DNA from: a virus
Strand: one strand, 5' to 3'
Virus record (IMG/VR): IMGVR_UViG_3300020204_004241
Location: 4,709 to 68,708 of that record
Length of the DNA stretch: 64,000 nt
The notes under the pieces are model-generated. The model saw only the letters and a program-made list of their open reading frames with translations, made no database searches and was not told where the DNA came from. Both the position numbers and the translations under genes were made by a program. Below, piece after piece: positions 20,001 to 28,300 of the stretch. Numbering within the stretch: position 1 is the stretch's first letter; every line of letters begins with the position of its first letter.

Positions 20001-21703
20001 CGTGGCATTCCAGACTTCTGGGAGCGCGAAGACGAACCTCCGCCACGACGGTAAACAGACTTGAGGGCCCTGAGGTTGACGTACGACCAGTTCGGGTTGC
20101 CCGCCTTTTGCATGCGCTCGTTGTGCAACTTGACCTTGTCACTGAGCGAGCGCAGGACTGCTTCATTCAGTTCTACTGAAATGGCATCAGAAGTAGGTAA
20201 GGCGTTCTTCTTGCGATTCAACTTGCTGACAGCAATGGCTACGCGGCGCACAAAGTTCTTGTCGCGCTCGGCGTTACGCCGGCGAGCCAATGGACTAGAG
20301 CCCATCCGCAGGCGGTAGTCGGATTCATTAGTGCATGGCATCCAGGCTTCTCCACCATCGTCTGAGCGATAACGGCGAATTCCAATGCAGCCGAGTTGGC
20401 GCGACCGAACGCGGGCCGAATCTGGCGACGTGAACACATCTGGGTCAGTCTTGCGGATTCGGCGCTCAGCCTTTTCTTCGACTGGCTTTTCCTCAGTTAT
20501 CGGGCCACCGACAACCCATGCCCGGCAGGTGCGCTTCGCGGCACACTTGAAGTCGAAGGCTTCGCAGTAGCCAAGTTCGCCCACGGCATCAATGGCATCC
20601 CACTCATCGGTACGCTCACCACCGGTGACGCCTTGCTCGATGCAGTCCTTCATCTTGTCTGTGACAATGAACAGTGCGCAGTTCCCGCACCGCTGCTTCT
20701 TGGCGGTAGCAACATCAACATCCCACTCATCAGCAAGTTTTGACCAATAGGCGGTGTTCTTTTCATTCGGATTCAGTGGGCCGTAAGACGCACTGTCGAT
20801 CGCCTTTTTGCGGTTGCGCAGGTTGACGGCAATGTCTTTGGTGGCTGTCGGGCAGGCAGACTCAGCCTTTTCGTTTTGCTCGATCCAGTCGATAAAGTCC
20901 GACAACTGCATCTCGGTGAGGTTTTCTACGAAATCCTCGTACTCACCGTCGTCGGCCTTGCCAGAGCGGTACTTTCCGCCACGCTTTTTGTATTCGCGGA
21001 CCAGCCAGGCGTTTGCGTAGGCAGATGGGTAGACATCAAACTTTCGTTTCGCCTCCTCCTTGACCCGGGCATATAGTTCCGGGTTAGTGGGGATGGCGGC
21101 CTTCTCCTCAAGGGCAGATTCGTCGTCCTTCTTTTTGGTTGGAACATAGATCGGCTTTTTGTCAACCCGCGTCTCGGTCGACTCTGCTCGACGCTTTCTG
21201 GTGACCGCGTCACGAATTTCTTCTGCCGTCATTGAACGCGCTCGTGAAGCCGGCACACACTTCGGGTACTTACCCTTGTCGGCATCGTCCCGCCCGCATG
21301 GCTCGAATCCGCCGCCCTTCTTCGGGCGCGAGATGTCTACCCAGCGTTCCTTGAACCATTGAGTGAGCGACTTTTGCAAAGCCGCCGAGACAAGACCTCC
21401 ATCTGCGAGTGTGTCAATGCCAAGGATGGGCCTTTCGCTAAGTTGCTCCCAGCCAATTGGCTTCTTTCCGCGACGCTTCCGCTTACGAATTTCAGCCGAC
21501 TTACCCTGCGAGCACGGAAGACACTCATCGTCTTTTTCATCTAGGGAATTGATTTGGTCGAGGATGCGCGTTAGTTCTTCGTGTGATTCACAGGGCATCC
21601 ATGCGCCATCGACTTCATGGGCACCGCTGCATCCAAGCCGGCGTGACATGCGCATAGCCTGAGCCCTGTTTGGGCGCAGAACATCATCGTCTTCGTTGTT
21701 CAT
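17003..21703 (-). CDS. 1566-aa multimodule head-region protein (small Cys-rich modules plus C-terminal DUF7178/glycosylase-like domain)
   Basis: Two LGCxG...WMPC repeats; WFKERWVD..CGR..YPKCVP; YPSAYAN; RCGNC...GYC..FDFKCAAKRTC; VYRRG..WAMGRVNAF; RCPP..GGQF; WY...ISPQ..W..N...KVRSFY...TNDTWM...QSVLW. Confidence 0.75.
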   Translation of the reverse strand: MNNEDDDVLRPNRAQAMRMSRRLGCSGAHEVDGAWMPCESHEELTRILDQINSLDEKDDECLPCSQGKSAEIRKRKRRGKKPIGWEQLSERPILGIDTLADGGLVSAALQKSLTQWFKERWVDISRPKKGGGFEPCGRDDADKGKYPKCVPASRARSMTAEEIRDAVTRKRRAESTETRVDKKPIYVPTKKKDDESALEEKAAIPTNPELYARVKEEAKRKFDVYPSAYANAWLVREYKKRGGKYRSGKADDGEYEDFVENLTEMQLSDFIDWIEQNEKAESACPTATKDIAVNLRNRKKAIDSASYGPLNPNEKNTAYWSKLADEWDVDVATAKKQRCGNCALFIVTDKMKDCIEQGVTGGERTDEWDAIDAVGELGYCEAFDFKCAAKRTCRAWVVGGPITEEKPVEEKAERRIRKTDPDVFTSPDSARVRSRQLGCIGIRRYRSDDGGEAWMPCTNESDYRLRMGSSPLARRRNAERDKNFVRRVAIAVSKLNRKKNALPTSDAISVELNEAVLRSLSDKVKLHNERMQKAGNPNWSYVNLRALKSVYRRGGGSSSRSQKSGMPRNQWAMGRVNAFLQILSNGQPSNPSYVTDNDLLPEGHPWKKREKSLIHRVMMPGVVDNLKGFGEYWSEATKSFDQHLVEFKAAKRRGGAKLRTISQEIAKRGGALVDEDGMLRCPPTTINGGQFTNWKLEGCNDPTGAVRVIAQRVSQDAFDAIPETRRITNAQAAQIARQGVVASRLTEGGRSSIGYRKDVFRKINPRTRTADRLEAIKKFDTASRKALSSRLGDRDLSSVTTDELDQILALTNAKGQSVWSKLQTAKLLKLRQEIDDLESSMRSIQIMGAGLDNTYAVPRNVAVTFDADDIFDENDALTLDGEEGVFRWLSDNIDEITSVKSGSIGTVINAVYDDATGTVTFDIADVYDKSEQSLDSVTNIGRGRGVASVLDMDRLADRDMNGAFIDTGAEQAGSTYSPSRPTTDIRVRRTRKTDPSGQVSRLAGQDKVGGRNYTPGQKAAMVNAMIGGVPGLRHVEPVPILKAGDKDYSADQLKQIDDAVMQINDYIKDNMLRLLAQYDSPADKEFRARAKHWYPVANEYIGSIAAETDIHPSLVAAAMATISPQLPWDSNVVLGEHMAKMIADPDFEVSDEVAKAMAQGIMKARASGGGKNWNQVTNSSSAAANELRRRLEKLGKQRNQGSKALQKRREGTIAALKYQLKSLENDMEFFRSIAGLDADQLAQQFTGKRIQGMSNFEVAVAHRAHASVNGMKYIDGSEGPLMELDLNPDPATGKANPIRGKKKAAGAYLVNDIKAIQMLRDGDRLAALAGDVDSPEHAAFMSSMISNLLGDESKVRSFYNNLNNPMDSYFRDITNDTWMAVAGFALPAISQKTRRNDGAFNETDVLFNSLESLGHGRGYGLVSAAIMNVAEEWKQLTGEDFTQHPRAMQSVLWELARREWLPGNKTEALAASRELADAISSGRSEFSLDDRHEMLGYLRTATYGKAEFGNWGGGIVEFLKARGVDTDITKMSKMSVQDRIQMILSVMKDSRGRPLFKGPIPIVEKV

Positions 21704-21996
21704 TTGCTGCCCTTACGCTTGCGCGGTGCCTTTGTTTTCCCTGGATCAGTATTGTCCTCTGGGATACCCAGAACTCCATCGTCCTTCAGTTCTTGATACA
21801 TCTCCCGGAACTTCTCACGATTTTTTGGCTGCGAGCAGTACCAGATTGTTGACCAGTAAATGGCATCCCGTTCAGCGCCAGTTTCATCGCTGGCCAGGGT
21901 TTCTGCGTATTGCACAATTCGGCTGCGTTCTTCCCCGGAATCGACGTATTTGTAAAAGGCGTTTCGGATGTTTTGCAGTTGCTTCTCATCAAACAT
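21700..21996 (-). CDS. Hypothetical protein
   Basis: Overlaps both neighbouring genes (translational coupling). Confidence 0.65.
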   Translation of the reverse strand: MFDEKQLQNIRNAFYKYVDSGEERSRIVQYAETLASDETGAERDAIYWSTIWYCSQPKNREKFREMYQELKDDGVLGIPEDNTDPGKTKAPRKRKGSK

Positions 21997-22300
21997 TTTT
22001 GAGCCACCTGTTTGTCATTCTCTCAACATCCTCAGCCCTTGGGTCGGCGCTATTTGGGTCCCATAGTGAAGGCGCGAGATTCTCATTAATAGCAGGCTTC
22101 CAGTATGGGTTCTGGGAGATGGCGATATGTAGTGGAAGCGTCAAGCGCTTTTTGACGCGATTCTTTTTTGCCCCAGGGCTGGGGTCATACCGATAAATGA
22201 ATCCCATTGCCGGCCCATTGAGGTAGCCAGTCATGTATAACTCTTCATATTGACCAAGCGAATTAGGGTCAGTTCGGGCGATCAGAACTTCTTTTCTCAC
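21989..22300 (-). CDS. Hypothetical protein following the 2603-aa gene
   Basis: GTGA overlap with the giant gene's stop. Confidence 0.65.
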   Translation of the reverse strand: MRKEVLIARTDPNSLGQYEELYMTGYLNGPAMGFIYRYDPSPGAKKNRVKKRLTLPLHIAISQNPYWKPAINENLAPSLWDPNSADPRAEDVERMTNRWLKNV

Positions 22301-25300
22301 GGCTGGGCCTCGGTTTGCATTCTAGCGATGATCGCATCTACGCTATCAACAATTCGCTGGGCCTGAGCGCGACGATCTTCGGTGCTTTCGACATTTAGCA
22401 TGTCCTGAATGTAGGAGTATAGCCTACCAAGAGAGTAGTCATTATCCCATTCTTTTTCAGGGTCCCCGCCGGTCTCGGCATTCATTGTGTCTCCGAAGAA
22501 TTCCTTGACCGCACGGGCTACGGCTGAGCCGGCCAATAGTTCCGTGTCGTAGGTATTCGGATCAAGGGACGGGAGCATCTCGAATACTCGGTCCAGGGCA
22601 GGACTCTCGTATTCGTTGTCAACATTGAATGGCTTGCGGTAGTTAGCAAAGTTGCTCTCAACCTCTTCCAATCCGTCACGATCAAGTGTCACGGCCGGAC
22701 GAACTGGTCCGATCCGTGGTGTGCCGGCTTCTTCCTGTCGCGCTCTACCACCGACGCGACTACGTCGGCGTGCCGCGCTTCGTGCTGCACGTTCTGCTCG
22801 CCCTGCCTCGAACTCAGCAATTGCTTCCTCGTTCCGCTGCTGCTCTTCTTCGCTAACAACCGCCTGAGACCCGATCCCGATTTCCTCCTGCCGCTGGTTC
22901 AAATCATCTTCGTCCCCAGTTGCAGGTCCCTCAACCTGTGCTTCGCGACGGTTTCGCGGACGAGGAGAGCGCGGTGTCGCGGGCCTTCGTCGGGTTCGTG
23001 GTGCTGGGGTTTCTTCTTCGTCGGCGTCTAGGTTTTCTGATTCAGCAAGAATCGCATCATCGTTCGGATCATCTGGGTCTGGATTGCTTCGTCTACGTGC
23101 TCGCTCCTCTGCCTGTGCGGCCCTTGTTCGTGCAGCCTCAGCAGCCCTATTCATTTCTGCACTGTTTGGCGCAAGTTCATCAACACGGTTACGGGCAGTC
23201 GGATAGGCGAGCAATCGATCGGGTGGGATCGGCAAGCCAGTTGGAGTGAGTGTTTCTGACTGCTGTGTACCAAACACTGTAGACGCAAATCCTTCTGACG
23301 AGCCATACTTGCCGTCATAAATGCGCTTCAGAGCGCTGTCAATTTCCTGCTGCTCTAATTCAATTCCAATAACGCGCACTCTGGCTTGCTCAATGTCAGC
23401 AGCGTCGGTGTCGCCAAGTTCATCATCGCTACTAAGGACGGTGCCCCGGTTCTCGCTAAGATCATCAACTTCTCGTCGTGCCATTTCAAGTCGTGCATCA
23501 TTGGCGGTTCGTCGGTCACGAAGAGCGGCCTCGGCCTCAACAAGAAACGCAGCGGCCTCTGCTTCCGTGCCGGGGTTTTCCGGATCGATATACCATTCGC
23601 CTGGGTCACGGGTGAATCGTTGCCCAGTTGGGCCAACTGCTTCTTCCCCGCCCACGGCGCGGCGAGGCCTGTAGTTGGCATTTATTCTAGGAGTACCACT
23701 GGGGCCAGAGTACTTTTGGGCGGGGGCCTGTGGAACTTCATCTATAGCCTCAGACCCAAGAGGTGCTTCGGGCGCTTCGCCGCGCTCTGTTGCGAGGGCG
23801 TCCGCAAGACCCGTGACGTTTTCGGCAGTTGCTACCGCGTCTGCCGCTGCGTCAACTTCTTCAACAACCTCGGGCGTTGTATCGCCAATTACTTCTGGGG
23901 TTGCCTCTTCGGCTGATGGGGCCTGTTCTGGCTCACCGACAATACGGAGCGGAATGCCACGATTCTCCAGGATTCTAGTAACTTCATCGCGATAACTCTG
24001 CGGATGGAGTTCCCATGTCATGCGGTCAACTTCAGCAGCCTCAATGTCGCTTGGCTCAAGTGGACTCTCTGGGATAAATGTATTTCTAAAGTCACCATCT
24101 GGGAATTGTCGCGAATCGCGGAAGCCTTGCCAGTTGACTGTTTCCGGTAGGAAGTATCCGTTTTGCTGCAATGGAAAGATAGTCCCACGTGTGTTGCCAA
24201 AGTTCATCACCGGCTGTCCCGACACGTCGTTCTTTAGCACAAGGCGAATGCCACGATTTTCTGTTCCGTCTGGCGTAATTCTGGCCAACTGCGTCTCTAC
24301 CGAGCCGGCGATGAACGAGTTTGACAATAGCGGGCCATTTAAACCGGCTCCCCCGAAGTTGGGTGCCCTCAGTTGGTCTAAGTTGCGAATGTCAACCGTT
24401 GGCCGGCCACGCAATGACTGCAAAGCCTCAGCAACGTCGTTGGGACCAAGACCAGAGAAGTTGCGAAGATTAAGTTTAAATTCATAAAGAACTTCAGCAA
24501 CAGTATCTCCAACTCGCTCAGCATCCATAACTGCCATCAGGCCTTCACCAGTTAGGTTTGGGGGGGATGCCAGTCTGATGTCTGCTTCAACCGCTTCAGA
24601 AATTCTGCGGGCCAGGTTCGTCCCAGTAAGTTCAAAAGGAAGATCGGTGTTACTTAAATCGACGCGGAGACTTTGCAAAAGTTCCTCTAGCGCCGGGGTT
24701 TGGCTAGAGCGCGTCAGCGCATAGAAGGGCTCAAGATTATCGTCAACGCGGCCGGCATCTCGCATGTTCGGAGGTAGTGATCGAAGATCAGACACGATGC
24801 CATTGGCCAAGTCAATCGCGCTTGAGTTTTCAAGATTATCTGCGAAGCCACGATCTGGGTCAACAGATGGAAGTGCATTGAGTGCCTGTGTTGCCCCCTG
24901 CGCCCGTCGTGATATTGGCTTAGCGCGAACAGCCAGAGGCTTGCCGAGAACCTCTTCAAGGTCCATTCTTCCACTAAACGAGAGTTTCTTGAACCAGCGC
25001 TTGATTTCGGCCTCTCGCCGCCCGCGTTCAACCGGGTCAGAAATTGCTGCTGCGTCATCGATCGCCATAATTGCTTCGATGTGCGACGGGGTCGAGGGGT
25101 CAATTGGCTGATTTTCGTAAGCGGAGTTGCCTGTCGCTGTATCTAATTCATCAACGATCCACTGCCAAGCATTCGCTTGTTCCTGGTTGCGAATTAGGGA
25201 TGGGCGTCCTCTTTGCCAATTTATGAGTTCGTCAGTCATCGCAATTTTAAGTTCAGTTACCTGGTATATTCTCGTAACCCTAAATCCGAGGCGAGGCCAA

Positions 25301-28300
25301 ACGTATGGGCCGTCTGATGTTGCGCCCACTCCAACCTTGTTATGACCAGCCAATTGTAAGTGGCGTAAGGCATGAGTATTAAATACCGTGGCGACGCCGG
25401 CGCCTTTATAGGTTTCGCCCTGGTCTTCCAAGTACATGTTAGCGTGTTCAATATAACTCGGTTGACCATCAACATCACGGGTAATGTAACGAGAGAACCT
25501 TCCGAGTGTTCCTTCTTCCCCGGTTGTCAGATTTCTAAATCTTACTACTCCGGAACAGTTGGAATTGTAAACACTAACGCCGTCCGTGAAGACTTCGATC
25601 TCTTCGATTCGCGGGCTGCCGTCGCTATTGAATAGTTTTTCGCCAGTTGATCGATCTCGCCTGTGAACTTTCATCTTCACTGGCGGCATTGTGTAGGCCA
25701 ACTCGCGAAGTTCTCTGTCGCGGATGTCTATTTGATCATCGATGTCACCACGCTCTAGGTCGTCGGTCGCCCCGCGACGAGCATCAACAAGCCCACGAAT
25801 TTCTGCTACAAGTTGCGCTGCCCTGGAGTCTGGGTCTTCCCACGGAAGAGGTTCGGTTTCGCCCAATCCGTATGCTTGACGCAACTGCGTATCTGTTTGC
25901 TTACGACGGCGCAGGTGTGTTTCTTCTACAAGTGAGCGGATTCTTTCCTCAACATTATCGGAAAACGGCTGAACGTCAAATTGTGAAGGGCTCGTAATTG
26001 TGCGTTCGCCGCTGTCGTGCAGGGATGGTGTGTTGCCAGAAAATTCGGGATTATCCAAATCCCGTACCTGGGTGGCGTCCATCAAACCAGAAGCCGGCGC
26101 CGAGTCGCGCAGGCCACGCCCCTCTTCCGTCGCCCTAATTAGCGCAAGGCGCTGGGCAACCCACTCTCGGGCCTCGAAGTCGTGCATGTCGGCAACCCTG
26201 CTGCGTCCCTGGCTAGTCGGACCAACATTGGGCGAGGACACTTCAACATCACGGATGAATCCATCAGGGTCGTCGATGAGTGCTCGGACAGCGGCATTGA
26301 CGTTTTTGTCCAGTTGACGTGCGGTGTTCGCTAGTTCGATAGCCAGTCCATCGTCATACCCAGTTTCGGACATGCGCTGGAAAATTGGCGCATAAAACTG
26401 ATCAAAGAAGTTGCTCTCTAGTTGCCCTTCTGTTGGATCATAGTAATACAGCGCATTGCTGTCAAGAACACCTTCTGGCACGCGCGGACGTCCGTCAAAG
26501 TATGTGCTGTCGAAAATGTTGCGTAGGCGCCTAGCAACCAGGTCCTTCACGTCATCGGGGGTGAAGTCTCCTGATTGGGCCAAATTGAGAAGTGCATTAG
26601 CATCATCCCTAAGCATTTCAATCTGGCCCGGGAACAGGCTTGACATGTCCTCGTAGGTGCGGTCAATCTCGCTTAGTTCGCGGCGGGCAAAATCTTCCAA
26701 TTGATCTGCGTCAAGGTCTGGGCCGACTTCAATAAGGGCCTGCACAAAGACCATCCGCTGCTGGGTAAGCGTTCTGTCCCCAAACCCTGGGTGCTCTGGG
26801 TTTTCGAACGTAAGCCACGGATGCCTGTTTAGGACGTCAGTTCTTACAGCATCTCTAATAAACTCTTGAGCGCTAGTATCGGTTTCATTTGGCGTAATAT
26901 CATCTACTTCAAAACGACCTTCGAAGAATGAGGGTTCGAGCCTACGAGCAGTGTAGTAATTCGCCAGATCGACATCGTCTTTCACTTGGCCTCTAACCAG
27001 CGCATCCAGTTTGTCCATCGATGTTTCTTCTGAGATTTCCCCCCTGTCGAATGCCTCAGCCAGTGCCTCGGCACGCTGCATTCTGTACTCTCGGCGCTCT
27101 GCATGAACTTCGCTAATATTCCGGTCACCTGGTTCAAACTGGCGCCACGCCCGTGACGATGCAACATAATCCTTGTCTTCTGGATCGCCTTCCAGAGCCA
27201 GGAATCCCAATGGCCTTGTCTGCAGTTCGGCAGTTTTTTCGTCGACACTGTCGGCAAATTCCCGTCGGCCGAAAAGGCCGAACTGGCCTTCGCGACGAAT
27301 GCGATCAACAACAACTCCGACAGCCTCTGCTGCCGCATCTTCATCAGGAGTTCCTACTGCCTTGTCGGCTCGCCGCACGGCGGCATCAAATTCTTTTTCA
27401 AGTTGCCGGCGCAGGTCTGTTCCGACAATTCCCTCTTCTTGAACAATTTCTTCGGCAACTCGAATGCGCTCGTCTGCCTCTACGCCAGCCTGAGTGGTTG
27501 GGTTGGTTACTGGCGGGCTAATATCATCCGCCTCTGGGCGCGCCGGGATGACGTCACTTGAAGTGCCATCCTCGTTATCAAGCAAGCGATCAGAAACGGT
27601 ACCACGGTTTCGGAAGGTTGTATATGTTTCGCCTTCCACCGGGCGGAAACCAGATGGAATCTTTTCTTGAGGCACTGAGATGAACTCGTCGAAGTCGGCT
27701 TCATTTGCCGGCGCCTTGTATGGCCGGTTGCCGCTGTTATTGCCACCAAATCGTCCTGGAGGGAATCGTGATACGGAGCCGGTCGTACGTTCGCCCGGAC
27801 CAATCGTTCGACGAGTATTGGCGTTTTCAATCATGCGAAGCCCGCGCCACGCAAGTTCACGGCGCTCCAGCGACTCATTCTCGTCTACCATGATGTTGTA
27901 CAAGTTCTCGAACATGTCGTCGAGCGTCTTGTCATCAATGACATCCCAGTTGCGGTAGCCGCCGTAGCCAAACTCATCGCGAATGCGTCGACCGACTCGT
28001 TGCCAGCGCGGTTGGGGGAGTTCACCGCCACGTCGATAATCCCTGAGGTACTCAAGGAGTTCCCCGACAGTCATCTCTGTTTCTTCGTCCGGGAAGCCTT
28101 CCTCCCGTCCGGTTTCGTCATCACGTCTTGCGGTTCCACGTGAACGACCGAATGAACCCGGCCGCCCTCGTCCGCCAGCCTCAGTAGTGTCTCCAGGGGT
28201 CCTAGGACGCTCGGCGCCAGCCGGACTTGTTGGGGCCGGCTCATCTCCGCGACGGCGACGGCGCTTGGGCTTTGCCTCGCCCTCTGGTGCTCCCTCTGGC

